From: an uncultured cyanobacterium
GTDB taxonomy: Bacteria; Cyanobacteriota; Cyanobacteriia; Cyanobacteriales; CAWCAG01
Direction of reading: 5' to 3'
Assembly: GCA_963793425.1 (NCBI GenBank)
Contig: CAWCAG010000009.1
Coordinates: forward strand, 480,001 to 544,000
Length of the DNA: 64,000 nt
The notes below the pieces were generated by a model. It made no database searches, was not told the DNA's origin, and saw only the letters and a list, made by a program, of their open reading frames with translations. Position 1 is the first letter of the stretch. Each line of letters starts with the position of its first letter. Of the stretch, positions 17,787 to 28,712 are shown piece after piece. Position numbers and translations under genes: made by a program.

Positions 17787-18383
17787 TTGAAAGTTCCTAC
17801 TTTTGTCCTTGCTTCCGCTTCCCCAGCCCGACGAAAAATCCTTGCAGATGCAGGTATTGAAATTGTTGTCCGTAAAAGCGACTTTGATGAATCTCAAGTT
17901 AACCTCAGTGATCCTCAGCGATTAGTAGAAACTTTAGCTGTACGTAAAGCCGAAACTGTTGCCCGTCAATTTGAAGATGCTTTGATTTTAGGTTGTGATT
18001 CTGTCCTTGCCATAGATGGGGAAATTCACGGTAAACCAGAATCTCCTCAAATTGCGATCGCACGCTGGCAAAAGATGCGCGGTAATACAGGTTTGCTTTA
18101 TACTGGCCATGCTCTTATCGACCAAAGCAAACACCAAAAGGTTGTTAAGTGTGGTGTAACTAAAGTCTATTTTGCTAATATTAGCGATTCTCTCATTGAA
18201 GCTTATATTGCCACAGGAGAGCCTTTAAATTGTGCAGGTTGTTTTGCTATTGATGGCAAAGGAGGATTGTTGGTAGAGAAGTTAGAAGGTTGTCATAACA
18301 ATGTTATTGGCTTAAGTCTGCCTTTGTTGAGGGAGATGTTAGAAAAGTTAAGCTATAAAATTGAAGATTTTTGGTTAAACTGA
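17787..18383 (+). CDS. maf: Maf family nucleoside triphosphate pyrophosphatase
   Basis: [33 protein letters not shown]. Confidence 0.93.
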   Translation: MKVPTFVLASASPARRKILADAGIEIVVRKSDFDESQVNLSDPQRLVETLAVRKAETVARQFEDALILGCDSVLAIDGEIHGKPESPQIAIARWQKMRGNTGLLYTGHALIDQSKHQKVVKCGVTKVYFANISDSLIEAYIATGEPLNCAGCFAIDGKGGLLVEKLEGCHNNVIGLSLPLLREMLEKLSYKIEDFWLN

Positions 18384-18676
18384 TTGCCCAATAGTTTAAT
18401 AAATAAACTATCAGGGGCAAGAATTGCTAAGTGAGCTTTATGAAAACTTTCCAGGCTAGACGTTTGCTTCCCATGTCCATTTTAAGGAAACTACCAACCC
18501 TACTCCAACAAAATATTTTTTTTAAAATCAAGATTGAATTTTATCTGATGAGATAATTATAACACAAATTTGCCTTTCCTGCTTTAATTAGGCAACGCCA
18601 GATTTAATATTATTGGGGCAAGGAAGCAGAAAAGAGTTACAGCTTACAAATGTTTAATGCTTAATATTTAATGAAG

Positions 18677-18865
18677 TCAGCATCCTAACTCTTCAAAACT
18701 GGGAGGAGGTATAAACTCAACTTGTTGGTTTTCCTTTAATTCATTTTCATTAGTAGTAACTTCTGCTAACTTCGCTAGCAAAGTTTCTGCTTCAAGATCA
18801 CCTTTTTCTGCTTGAAGTTGAAGATAATAGCGCAATTCATTAGTTAAGGTATCAGGAATTTCCAT
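18677..18865 (-). CDS. Small hypothetical protein
   Basis: 62-aa ORF with ATG start 12 bp downstream of the Uma2 gene. Confidence 0.5.
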   Translation of the reverse strand: MEIPDTLTNELRYYLQLQAEKGDLEAETLLAKLAEVTTNENELKENQQVEFIPPPSFEELGC

Positions 18866-18877
18866 GATTATAAATAT

Positions 18878-19651
18878 TCAATATTCTTTAACTTGAGATT
18901 CAGACAAACCCGTAAGACTAGCTACCTCTTCTACCGTCATACCTTGCTTTAATAAATTTTGTACTACCTGCTGTAACTGAGACTCTGCTTGATTAGCCCT
19001 TTGTTTTTCTTCCTCAGCCCTTTCTTGAGGAGTAGGCAATAACTCCCCATTTAAATTTGCCCAGCGTAACCAAGTTGCCTTAACACTCTTATAACTACCT
19101 TGCCAACGTACTAAACTCAAACCTAATCTTTGAGACACTAATTGATTTTGCTCATTAACTACTATGGGTTGATAGACACCATTTTGTAAACGAAATCCTG
19201 CCCAATCATTTGGCTTAAAAGGGTCAAACCAGAAATACTCTGGGACACGCATTTGATTTTGATAAATCTGTTTCTTCTCTTTTTTGTCATACTTAGCGGT
19301 GGTTGCTGACAAAAGTTCAATAACTACATCGGGGGCTTTTCCTTCTTCCCAAATTACCCAGCTTCGACGTTCACCTTTAGGTACATCTAGTGCCACAAAA
19401 ACATCTGGCCCTTTATAATCCTTATTCTTAATTTGAGCCAAGCTGTAGTAAACAAACATATTACCACCCACATAACCGTTATCCCGATTATCTAACCAAG
19501 ATGAGAGGCTATAAATGAGCAGATCCATTTGTGCCTTATGCCTTTCGCTTTCCATTGGTACACCATCATCATAAGGAAGATCAGCCTGAGTAGGTGGGGC
19601 TGTCACTGGCATTGATACTGTGGTTTCAGTGAGTATAAGCTGCTCTGACAT
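18878..19651 (-). CDS. Uma2 family (PD-(D/E)XK) endonuclease
   Basis: LPYDDG.PMES..H, GPDVFV, SWV.WEEGKAPDVVIELLS, VPEYFWFDP, WLRW. Confidence 0.92.
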   Translation of the reverse strand: MSEQLILTETTVSMPVTAPPTQADLPYDDGVPMESERHKAQMDLLIYSLSSWLDNRDNGYVGGNMFVYYSLAQIKNKDYKGPDVFVALDVPKGERRSWVIWEEGKAPDVVIELLSATTAKYDKKEKKQIYQNQMRVPEYFWFDPFKPNDWAGFRLQNGVYQPIVVNEQNQLVSQRLGLSLVRWQGSYKSVKATWLRWANLNGELLPTPQERAEEEKQRANQAESQLQQVVQNLLKQGMTVEEVASLTGLSESQVKEY

Positions 19652-19741
19652 GACTTTCCAAAGATGTTAGTTTACCAGATGGGCGACACTTCTATGTTAA
19701 CGGATACTGGTTTGAAGCAAATATCATTTTGTCTGAGATTA

Positions 19742-21127
19742 CTAACTTTTCTCTAGTAAAAATTTCAAGAATTTTAACTTCCCTTCATAAGGTGGATATT
19801 TTAATTTAATATCTAACCAAAAAGGCTTTTTCAAAATACTTTTTTGATGAGAAAAAGCCTCAAATCCGGCTTTACCATGATAACTTCCCATACCACTTGC
19901 CCCCACACCACCAAAGGGTAATTCACAAGAGGCAACTTGAGAGATAGTGTCGTTAATACAAACTCCCCCAGAGGAAGTTTGTTCTAATACTTGTTTTTGT
20001 ACTTGCTTATCTTCAGAAAAAATGTACAAAGCTAAAGGTTTAGGGCGAGAATTAATCGCTGTGATGGCCTCTGTTAAATTCTCATATTCTATAATGGGTA
20101 AGATCGGACCAAAAATCTCTTCAGCCATAACTTCATCGTCCCAGTTTATCTGATCAATAATAGTAGGAGCAATATAGCGTTCTGCTGAATTAGTTTCTCC
20201 TCCCACAACTATTTTTCCTTCTTTTAATAAGGCAGATAAGCGTTGAAAATGCCTGTCGCTAATAATACGGCTATAATCTGGGCTAGTAGCTGGATTTTGC
20301 CCATAAAATTCTTCCAGACATTTTTTTAGCGCAGTTAATAATGCACTTCTAATACTGCTATGAACTAAAAGATAATCTGGGGCTATACAAGTTTGTCCTG
20401 CGTTGATAAATTTTCCCCAAGCAATTCTTTTAGCACTTATTCCTATATCTATATTACTATCAACAATACAAGGGCTTTTCCCCCCCAACTCTAAAGTCAC
20501 AGTTGTCAGGTGTTTAGCAGCAGCTTCCATGACAATTTTACCTATGGCTGTACTACCTGTAAAAAAGATGTGATCAAACTTTTGTTTAAGTAATTCAGTA
20601 GAAACTTCCTTGTCTCCTTCAACCACGGTAATATATTCAGGAGGAAAGACTTTCTCTATTAGTTGGGCAATTACTTGGGAAGTATGACTAGCAATTTCTG
20701 AAGGTTTAATAATTACACAATTCCCCGCAGCGGTCGCACTAACTAAAGGTGCTATAGCTAATTGAAAAGGATAGTTCCAAGGACTAATAATTAAAACCAC
20801 TCCTAAAGGTTCAGGAATTATGTGAGAAGAACCAGGTAAAAGAGCTAGAGGAGTGGCAACTTTTTGTGGCTTTGTCCAGGTTTTAAGATGCTTAAGAGCA
20901 TGACTAATCTCTTTAAGACATAAGCTTACTTCTGCGGCTAAAGATTCTAACTTTGGTCTTTTGAGGTCATTATACAAAGCTTGAGCTATTTCTTCTTCTT
21001 GGCTTTTAATAGCTTGTTGAAGAGCTTTTAGCTGTTCAATCCTAAAAGTAAGGGAGCGAGTTTTCCCTGTCGCGAAAAAGCTCCTCTGCTGAGTGATAAT
21101 TTCACTAGTAGCAACTTGAGTAATCAT
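19742..21127 (-). CDS. Aldehyde dehydrogenase (ALDH3-like)
   Basis: [43 protein letters not shown]. Confidence 0.95.
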   Translation of the reverse strand: MITQVATSEIITQQRSFFATGKTRSLTFRIEQLKALQQAIKSQEEEIAQALYNDLKRPKLESLAAEVSLCLKEISHALKHLKTWTKPQKVATPLALLPGSSHIIPEPLGVVLIISPWNYPFQLAIAPLVSATAAGNCVIIKPSEIASHTSQVIAQLIEKVFPPEYITVVEGDKEVSTELLKQKFDHIFFTGSTAIGKIVMEAAAKHLTTVTLELGGKSPCIVDSNIDIGISAKRIAWGKFINAGQTCIAPDYLLVHSSIRSALLTALKKCLEEFYGQNPATSPDYSRIISDRHFQRLSALLKEGKIVVGGETNSAERYIAPTIIDQINWDDEVMAEEIFGPILPIIEYENLTEAITAINSRPKPLALYIFSEDKQVQKQVLEQTSSGGVCINDTISQVASCELPFGGVGASGMGSYHGKAGFEAFSHQKSILKKPFWLDIKLKYPPYEGKLKFLKFLLEKS

Positions 21128-21229
21128 CTTATATAAAAACCCTTTGCTGAAACTTTATTTAAACTTTCTCTATTAGTGACTGTCTATTGCCTCAAGTCAA
21201 CCTGACAAATTTTTATGGCTTAATTCATT

Positions 21230-22345
21230 CTAACAAATGCTAGGTAAGCGAACAATAAACTCACTCCCTTTCCCTAGCTCTGATTCTACTTCAATAGTTC
21301 CTTTGTGGGTTTCAAGAATACGACGAGAAAGATGTAATCCTAAACCACTACCAGAAAGATTATGATTGCCTTGACGGAATCTCTGAAAAAGATTTTTCTG
21401 CTCTTCTAGGGAAATACCAGGTCCAGTATCTTGAACTTTCACAACTACCCAGTTAGTGCCATCCTCTGGCTCAGTTTGTGTTAGTAATTCAATTTTTACA
21501 GAACCGCTATCAGTAAACTTAATGCTATTACCAATTAAGTTTGTAAATACCCGACGTAACTCCAGATGATCTCCTTCTACAGGATTGTATTGTTGGTAAA
21601 TTTTATAGTCAAGTTCTAAACCTTTTTCTTCAGCTAAGGGGGCAAGTTCCGGAACAATCTCGGCAATCAACTTATCTAAATTTATCACCGAAAAATGCAA
21701 TTGCTTACGCCCAGCTTCATAGCGATAAACCTCCAGCATAGTATTAACCATTTCTAACAAATTGCGGTTACTACGGGCCATTACCGTAATTGCTTCTACC
21801 ATATTGGGGGGTAAATCCCCTAAAGCACCCTGTTGAAACAAAGACAGCATTCGATCCGCTGCTACCAAAGGAGTACGCATATCATGGGTAAGACGAGACA
21901 CAAAATCTTCTCGCTGACGAGCAATCTGATCTCTTTCATCTACACTATGCTTAAGTCGTAATAGCGATCGCACCCTAGCCAGTAATTCATCAACCTCTAC
22001 TGGTTTGCGGATAAAATCATCCGCGCCACTATCTAACCCTTTAACAGCACTAGGTTCATCATGGGCAGTAATCAGCAAAATGGGTATAAAAGGCAAGTTA
22101 CGATTTTCACGAATGCGCTTAGTAACCTCCAACCCATCCATTTCCGGCATCATCACATCTAGTAATACCAAATCTGGTGGGGATTGTTCCACTCGCACTA
22201 AACAATCTGCCCCATTAGTAGCCAAAGTTATGTCATACCCTTCTTCTTCCAAGATACTTTGCACTAAAAACAAGTTATCGGCAGAATCATCAACAACTAG
22301 AATACGGTAGGTTTTAGTAGACTGCTGAAAAAGAGAAGAGTCCAT
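21230..22345 (-). CDS. Hybrid response regulator/sensor histidine kinase (REC-HisKA-HATPase)
   Basis: VVDD, LLDVMMP, KP; LTHDMRTPL H-box; NLIGNSIKF, DTGPGI, GSGLGL. Confidence 0.95.
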   Translation of the reverse strand: MDSSLFQQSTKTYRILVVDDSADNLFLVQSILEEEGYDITLATNGADCLVRVEQSPPDLVLLDVMMPEMDGLEVTKRIRENRNLPFIPILLITAHDEPSAVKGLDSGADDFIRKPVEVDELLARVRSLLRLKHSVDERDQIARQREDFVSRLTHDMRTPLVAADRMLSLFQQGALGDLPPNMVEAITVMARSNRNLLEMVNTMLEVYRYEAGRKQLHFSVINLDKLIAEIVPELAPLAEEKGLELDYKIYQQYNPVEGDHLELRRVFTNLIGNSIKFTDSGSVKIELLTQTEPEDGTNWVVVKVQDTGPGISLEEQKNLFQRFRQGNHNLSGSGLGLHLSRRILETHKGTIEVESELGKGSEFIVRLPSIC

Positions 22346-22514
22346 ATAAACAGAAGTAATAAGTAATAAATAATAAGTAATAAGTTTTGAAGATACTATT
22401 GCTAGAATGCTTATTCCTTATCACCATTAGCCATTAGCAACTATCAAACAACAACTACCAACCTCTTTTCATCTACCTCAATTGTGAGATAATGTTTTTT
22501 GTGCAGGAAAATTT

Positions 22515-24263
22515 CTACTGCAACACTTCTTCCCATTGATGTTGCTGCCACAGAGAACGATATAAACCAGGAAGATTAAGAAGTTCTTCATGGCTGCCAG
22601 TTTGGACAATTTCCCCAGCATCCATAACTAAAATACGATTAGCGATCGCCGCCGCAGAAAGTTGATGAGAAATAAAGATAACTGTTTTATTTTCCACCCC
22701 TCCGGAAAGGTTGCGTAAAATTTGGGTAGCGGTTTGATTATCAACGCTAGAAAGAGCATCATCAAGAATCAAAACTGGTGCATCCACCAACAATGCCCTC
22801 GCCAAAGAAGTTCTTTGTCTTTGTCCCCCTGAAAGAGTAATTCCCCTTTCTCCTACCAAAGTTTCGTACTGCTTGGGAAAACTAAGAATTTCTGGGTGAA
22901 TTTGAGCTTGCTTAGCAGCGTATTCTACTTCTAACAACTCTTGGGCTGGATCACCGTAACGAATATTATTTTTAATTTTAGTACTGAATAAAAAGCTTTC
23001 TTGGGGAACATAGGCGATCGCCGCCCGCAAATCTGCTAATTGCAGATTGGCTATATCGTAACCATCAAGAAAAAGCTGTTCGTTATCAATATCCAATAAG
23101 CGAGGTAGGGCATTAGCTAAAGTGGATTTTCCTGAACCAATGGGACCAACAATTGCCACCGTTTCCCCTGGTTGGATCACAAAACTAACCTCTTTTAAAG
23201 CAGGCTGCTTTGCCCCTGGATAGGTGTAACTAAGTCCATCAGCCTTAATTTGGCCTTTGACTTCTTCTAAAGGCAGAGAAAGCGCACCAGGAGCATCTTT
23301 TACCTGGGGTTGTACCCGTAAAATTTCTTCTACCCGCTCAATACTAACTTCCCCCCGTTGGTAAGCCGTAATTGTAAAACCAAGTAAAGCTGTGGGGAAA
23401 GCAAGACGTTCCACATAAATTAGTAAAGCAATAAAATCCCCTACCGTAATATCTCCCCTAGCGATCGCCCCTGAACCCAACCAAAGAATGATTAAAAGAC
23501 TAAACAAAGCCAGCCCTTCAACCACAGGAAACAACAAATTTCTCGTCCTTGCTAACCTTAAATTTGCTGCTAGTAACCGCTGATTTTTCTCCTGAAAACC
23601 TTGACGTTCGTTTTTTTCTTGAGCATAAATCTTAATTAAAGAAATACCGCTCATATCTTCTTGAATCAGTTCACTCAAATCAGAAAGCCTTTCTTGTACC
23701 TTTCTTTGCTGCTTCCCTAAAGTTTTACTAAATATTTGCACAATAGTTAGCATTAAAGGATAAATAGCAACAGCCATAAGAGTTAACCTCACATGGATAG
23801 ATAACATCACTGGCAAGGTTAAAGTATAGGCAAAAAAAGTATTTGCCAAACTCAAAATCGCAAAACCCAACAACCGACGAACATTATCCACATCACTAGT
23901 TGCCCGGTTAATCAAATCTCCAGAAGTATTGGTAGCAAAATAAGCTGGTTCAAGTTGTAAAAGATGCTGAAAAATCTTCTGTTTGAGGTCAAATTCCACC
24001 TGTCGCCCAATACCAAATAAAGTCATGCGAGAAAACATACGCATCACCAACATAATCGAGGCTAGTAACAGAATAAGTAGAGAATAGCGCCAAAGCTGCT
24101 CCATACCAAAATCAGTTTGAAGCTTGTCAATACTATCCTTGATTAACAGAGGGATGTAAATTCCTATACCATTAACAACTAAAAGAGCGATGATACCTAA
24201 AATAACCTGTCGCCAATAGGGGCGCAGGTAATTGCCTAATTTCTGTAGCTGTGAGTTACCCAT
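22515..24263 (-). CDS. ABC exporter, fused permease/ATP-binding half-transporter
   Basis: TM domain plus GPIGSGKST, LSGGQRQR, LILDDALS. Confidence 0.93.
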   Translation of the reverse strand: MGNSQLQKLGNYLRPYWRQVILGIIALLVVNGIGIYIPLLIKDSIDKLQTDFGMEQLWRYSLLILLLASIMLVMRMFSRMTLFGIGRQVEFDLKQKIFQHLLQLEPAYFATNTSGDLINRATSDVDNVRRLLGFAILSLANTFFAYTLTLPVMLSIHVRLTLMAVAIYPLMLTIVQIFSKTLGKQQRKVQERLSDLSELIQEDMSGISLIKIYAQEKNERQGFQEKNQRLLAANLRLARTRNLLFPVVEGLALFSLLIILWLGSGAIARGDITVGDFIALLIYVERLAFPTALLGFTITAYQRGEVSIERVEEILRVQPQVKDAPGALSLPLEEVKGQIKADGLSYTYPGAKQPALKEVSFVIQPGETVAIVGPIGSGKSTLANALPRLLDIDNEQLFLDGYDIANLQLADLRAAIAYVPQESFLFSTKIKNNIRYGDPAQELLEVEYAAKQAQIHPEILSFPKQYETLVGERGITLSGGQRQRTSLARALLVDAPVLILDDALSSVDNQTATQILRNLSGGVENKTVIFISHQLSAAAIANRILVMDAGEIVQTGSHEELLNLPGLYRSLWQQHQWEEVLQ

Positions 24264-24553
24264 GCTACAAATTTAACAAGTTTTATATTCTTCGTGGGGA
24301 AAAGAGGGCTTGAGCTTATCTAAACAGCAAAACAAAAAATTTGTCAATATGCCTTAAGTCTTTTATTTTCTTTTTTAAGCTTATATTTGATAGTAATTCC
24401 TTTTGTCTTCCAGTCCATATTTTTCCTACAGACATAGTTTTCTCTCTCTAATATCCTCGGCACTTAAAGTTTAGGAAAAGCTACGGAAACAAAGCGCCTC
24501 GAACCGAAAAGAGAAACTACAATAGCAACTAAGCAAAGCTTTTAAGCGAGACT

Positions 24554-25060
24554 ATGAAAAGAAAATATTTTGGGTTCACAGTTGCAGTAAGCCTATTAGC
24601 TATAACCACGCGGAAAGAAATCTATATCGAAAGTCAGACTTGGAAATTCCCCATCTAGATATGGCGGATATACCTCCCCTTGCGCCTTTTACTAATCTAA
24701 CTTCTTTAACTTTAGCTGGGAATGGTATCACTGACCTAAGCCCTCTATCAAACTTAAAGTCTTTAACTAAACTCAATCTTAATTCTAATAGCATAAAGGA
24801 CTCAACACCCTTAGCCAATTTAACTAATCTAACTGAACTCAATCTGTCGCAGAATCATCTTCAAGACTTAACTCCTTTATCTGGCTTAACCAATTTAACC
24901 GAGCTTGATATCTTTGGAAACAAAATTAAGGATTTAACTCCGTTATCTTCTTTAACTAATTTGCTTTCTCTATTTGCAGACTCTAATCAAATCAGAGACG
25001 TTACACCTCTTGCCTCTCTCAATAAACTGGATACTCTAATGTTGAGCCACAATCAAATCA
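24554..25060 (+). pseudogene. Internalin-like leucine-rich repeat protein, frameshifted and truncated
   Basis: Signal-peptide-like MKRKYFGFTVAVSLLAI from ATG 24554 is out of frame with six 22-aa LRRs (D.TPL..LTNL..L.L..N.I); similarity ends near 25060. Confidence 0.75.
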
Positions 25061-25315
25061 TAGTTACACCCTCAAGATTATTAATATGCATCACCTCTGG
25101 AAGCACAAAAGGCAAAGGAGCAAGATCGTTAAAGGTGGTTTCTCCTAAAGCCGTGCTTTCCGGCCCCTCTTCATTAAAAGGAGTTGTTTGGGTCATTGAG
25201 AAACTGGGAGATACCGAGAGGCTGAAGCGTTCAATTAAGAATTCATCCTCATTGGATAATGCTGATACAGGCATAGTTTGTAACTCTTGGTCTAGCACTA
25301 AATGGAGATGATCTC
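25053..25315 (-). pseudogene. CHAT (caspase-like) domain internal fragment
   Basis: HLHLVLDQELQTMPVSAL....FLIERFSLSVSPSFSMT...ALG.TTF.DLAPLPFV..EV..I resembles the cyanobacterial CHAT domain. Confidence 0.6.
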
Positions 25316-25323
25316 CAAGACGT

Positions 25324-25770
25324 TCAGCATTTGCCCGACTGATCTCCATTTCCTCTAAAGTTTGTCCAACCTTCTGGGGCTGAGGTGCAGGTGCATAACT
25401 TAGTTGCGGGAAACTTGAACCTTGAGAAAGCAATCATAGGGGCAAGATGTTCTCGCCACAATACATAGGAACGTCGTATCTCACCATTCAATAAAGGAGG
25501 TACTCCCGGTACATAAAACCAATCCGGTGCTTCTGCCCCTTTCTCAGGAGGTTCTGTTTGTCGCCAATAAATGCCACAATCTTGAGCTATGGTATATTCT
25601 CCATCAGGATGAATCCTTTGTAAAACTGGCCCAACCGAATCAGTGAGAAGAATGCTTTGGGGATGCTCCTGGAAATTTTTCACAAAGTTATCATCAGAAT
25701 CTGGTAGCTGAGTATGGTCAGGGAAAGGGGGTGGCAGTATTGTTGGTTCCAAACTTTGAGTCATAACCAT
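25324..25770 (-). pseudogene. Uma2 family endonuclease, truncated
   Basis: PDHTQLP.SD..FVKNFQEHPQS.LLT, DCGIYWR.T.PPE.GA.APDWFYVP; similarity breaks after APMIA. Confidence 0.85.
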
Positions 25771-25829
25771 TGAAGAGAACGAGTTACTCTCATTTTACTC
25801 CCTTACCCCTTAACCTTTACCCATCAACC

Positions 25830-26876
25830 CTACAACTGAACAGGATTTAGCCAACCTCGTAGGAAGTAGAATAAAGAACTAAGATACTCTTCTACTACTC
25901 GCGTTGTGGTTACTAAAGCCTCCGCAGAGGGCAGAAAATCCCTTAGTCTAATTCGTCTTTGAGGAGTTTGTTCGCCGCTTTCAAAAGTGTAAAAATCTGT
26001 AGGACGAGGCAAAACATTCAAGCCTTCTCGTTCAAAGGTTAACTGGGCGCGGCGAATATTAATTCCCGATGATACTAAAATAATGGGCTGACTAACTAAT
26101 CCTCGCTTGCTGAGAATATCCTTAACTGACAAAGCGCTACTACGTAAATTTCCTCCTCCATTATCCGGCACAATTTGACTAGCCGGGACACCATATTTTT
26201 GCAGCAAAATAGAAATGTCTCTCGCTTCATCTACCGTTTGTTCGTCTCCTTTTAAATTACTCCTAGGACCAGCACTAACAATAACAATAGGAGTACTACC
26301 CAAACTACGCTGCTGCCCGTATAAGTCTGCTGTATAGAGAATGCGATCCCCACTTTCAGTAAGCTGAATTTGGGTACGATAAGGAAGATTGGCTTGAGTT
26401 GTACCTTCTCCTAAAAGGACGATAGCCTCAGCTCTCTGTTGCCCAAACGGAGTTACACTACCCCTGGGACCTAAAGCCTCCTGCGTTCTTTGCTCTACTG
26501 TTATGGCATCTCTTTCTGCTAGTTGAGCCATTTGATAGGCAAAGACAGGCAAGCTCGACAAAAGTAAGACAATGAATGCAGCCCAGATAAAATAAGGTTT
26601 AGGAGCTTTAATATCCGCTCCAAATTTAATAGGTGCTAACCCTAAAATCAGCAACAAAAGAGTTAAACCGATTGGTTTTAGAGGAATAGAAAGTATTGTC
26701 CAAGCCGTAGAAATGAAACCATCTTGAGGATTTAAAAAAGCGAGGAAAATTAGCGCAATAAAAGCCAAGCCCCCAAAAATAGTCAGAAACTTATTGGGAA
26801 TTAGCTTAATCAGTAAATAGTAGATAGCAAAGCCAACTAGCAGCCAAAGAAAAACCCGTGTTAGAAGTAGGAACAT
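25830..26876 (-). CDS. YdcF/DUF218 family membrane protein
   Basis: N-terminal TM helices, AIVLLG, DRI.Y.A.LY, ILVSS....RRA...F, P.PTDF, FLPSA.AL. Confidence 0.85.
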   Translation of the reverse strand: MFLLLTRVFLWLLVGFAIYYLLIKLIPNKFLTIFGGLAFIALIFLAFLNPQDGFISTAWTILSIPLKPIGLTLLLLILGLAPIKFGADIKAPKPYFIWAAFIVLLLSSLPVFAYQMAQLAERDAITVEQRTQEALGPRGSVTPFGQQRAEAIVLLGEGTTQANLPYRTQIQLTESGDRILYTADLYGQQRSLGSTPIVIVSAGPRSNLKGDEQTVDEARDISILLQKYGVPASQIVPDNGGGNLRSSALSVKDILSKRGLVSQPIILVSSGINIRRAQLTFEREGLNVLPRPTDFYTFESGEQTPQRRIRLRDFLPSAEALVTTTRVVEEYLSSLFYFLRGWLNPVQL

Positions 26877-26924
26877 AATTTATCAGTTAATCACCTGTGA
26901 TTGTGGTTAGGGGAATAACCCCAA

Positions 26925-28406
26925 TTAAAGCTTGCCCTGAATTGCCTTAATGACAGTGGAAATTGTCTCCACACGAGCATAATACTTGTCATCTGCTGGC
27001 ACAACCGTCCAAGGGGCATGGGGAGTATCTGTAGCCTCGATTGCTTGATTAATTGCTCCCTCATAAAGATGCCATTTTTCTCGATTGCGCCAATCTTCCT
27101 CAGTTAGCTTATATTGCTTGAGGGGATCTTGGCGACGTTGTTCAAATCTTTTAAGCTGTTCTTGGGAACTAAGATGTAACCAGAATTTAACTAGTACATA
27201 GCCACGACTGGTTAATTGCTGTTCAAATTGATTAATTTCTTCGTATGCCCTACTCCATTGAGCAACATTAGCTAAACCTTCTACTCTCTCCACTAAAACC
27301 CTACCGTACCAACTGCGGTCAAAAATACCAATAGTTCCCGCCGGAGGCAAGCGCCGCCAGAAACGCCAGAGGTAATGATACTGTTTTTCTTCATCGGTGG
27401 GGGCCGCAAAAGTACTAACTTGATAATTACGGGGGTCTAAAATAGCACTCAAACGCTTAATTGCCCCTCCTTTCCCTGATGCGTCCCAACCTTCAAAAAG
27501 AACTAAGACAGGAATTTTGGCTTGATGAATACTGCGTTGCAGCGATCGCAATTCAATTTGGGCTTTACGTAGCTGTTCTTGATAGCTTTCTTTAGTAAGC
27601 TTTTTGCTTAAATCGACTTGTTCGAGCCGATTATATTTAGTTTTACCTTTCAAAATTAAGGTGGGAGTAGAAGACATCCCCGGAAATAAGCTTGATTTCT
27701 CTTCTAAAGCTTTTTTGAGGATAGTTACTAATTGAGAAAGAACTTTTACCTTAGCCCAACGGTTACAATCACTAGCAATTGGGTTCCAAGGAGCAAACTT
27801 AGTGTTAGTTTTGAGAAGCATTTCCTCAGCTAAATCAAAATACTCTTGATAGCGTTTAGCTTGTTGCCAATCTTCTGGACGCACTCTCCAAGAGTTTAAT
27901 TCATTTGCCGCATATTTTTTTAATCTCTTTTTTAATTCTTTATGACTTAAGTGCAAGCAAAACTTAGCGATCGCAACACCATCAGCAGCTAAATTCTTTT
28001 CAAAAGCATTAATTTGAGCAAAAACCTCAGCTGCTCTAGCCTCCGGCAACTTCCCCAACAAGCGATCTTCCCAAACGTGGGAATACCAACTATGGTAAAA
28101 AAAGCCAATTTTTCCTTGGGGAGGAATCTTGCCCCAAAAACGCCAGAGAAAAGGATATTGTTGCTCCTGCGGAGTAGGAGGCAAAATAGGATGTACCTCG
28201 AAACCACGGGCATCCATATAGTTGACTATTTTTTTAACTAAAGACCCCTTACCTGCGGCCGTCCAACCTTCCAAAACCACAATCACAGGTAACTTTTTTT
28301 CCCAACAAGCCATTTGCAGCATTCTCAACTGGCGCATCAAGTCATTTATTTGCGACTTATAGGAGTCTTGATCAAGGCTAAGGGTCAAATCAAGGTTATC
28401 TAACAT
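26925..28406 (-). CDS. pap: Polyphosphate:AMP phosphotransferase (two-domain PPK2, class II)
   Basis: Tandem PPK2 domains: LEGWTAAGKG and FEGWDASGKGG, FDRSWYGRVLVERVEG. Confidence 0.93.
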   Translation of the reverse strand: MLDNLDLTLSLDQDSYKSQINDLMRQLRMLQMACWEKKLPVIVVLEGWTAAGKGSLVKKIVNYMDARGFEVHPILPPTPQEQQYPFLWRFWGKIPPQGKIGFFYHSWYSHVWEDRLLGKLPEARAAEVFAQINAFEKNLAADGVAIAKFCLHLSHKELKKRLKKYAANELNSWRVRPEDWQQAKRYQEYFDLAEEMLLKTNTKFAPWNPIASDCNRWAKVKVLSQLVTILKKALEEKSSLFPGMSSTPTLILKGKTKYNRLEQVDLSKKLTKESYQEQLRKAQIELRSLQRSIHQAKIPVLVLFEGWDASGKGGAIKRLSAILDPRNYQVSTFAAPTDEEKQYHYLWRFWRRLPPAGTIGIFDRSWYGRVLVERVEGLANVAQWSRAYEEINQFEQQLTSRGYVLVKFWLHLSSQEQLKRFEQRRQDPLKQYKLTEEDWRNREKWHLYEGAINQAIEATDTPHAPWTVVPADDKYYARVETISTVIKAIQGKL

Positions 28407-28712
28407 TCACTTAAACTAATCAACTAAATAAAAAATACCGGAGAATTAACACAAAACACTGAAGTAGCAAAATAATGAAAGGAACTCATCATCAAGGAGG
28501 AAAGGCTGAAATATCAAACTTTTTGCTTTCTAGTGAAGTATATCTCAACAGTGCGGCTTCCCTTACTCAGAGGCTGTATATACAATGTTTTCTCTAAGGT
28601 TGAGAGACATTTTGTGAGCCAAATCACCAAATATAGTAAAGCAAAAGCATACTAAGATTTACTGAGTCACTCCCCCCAATTGAAAGCGCCAAAAACTGAG
28701 AGAGGAAAGTAA

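Noticed and set aside
24640..25311. 223-aa ORF as an intact LRR protein
   Set aside because: LRR similarity ends near 25060; the rest is the antisense of a CHAT fragment, and the signal peptide is out of frame
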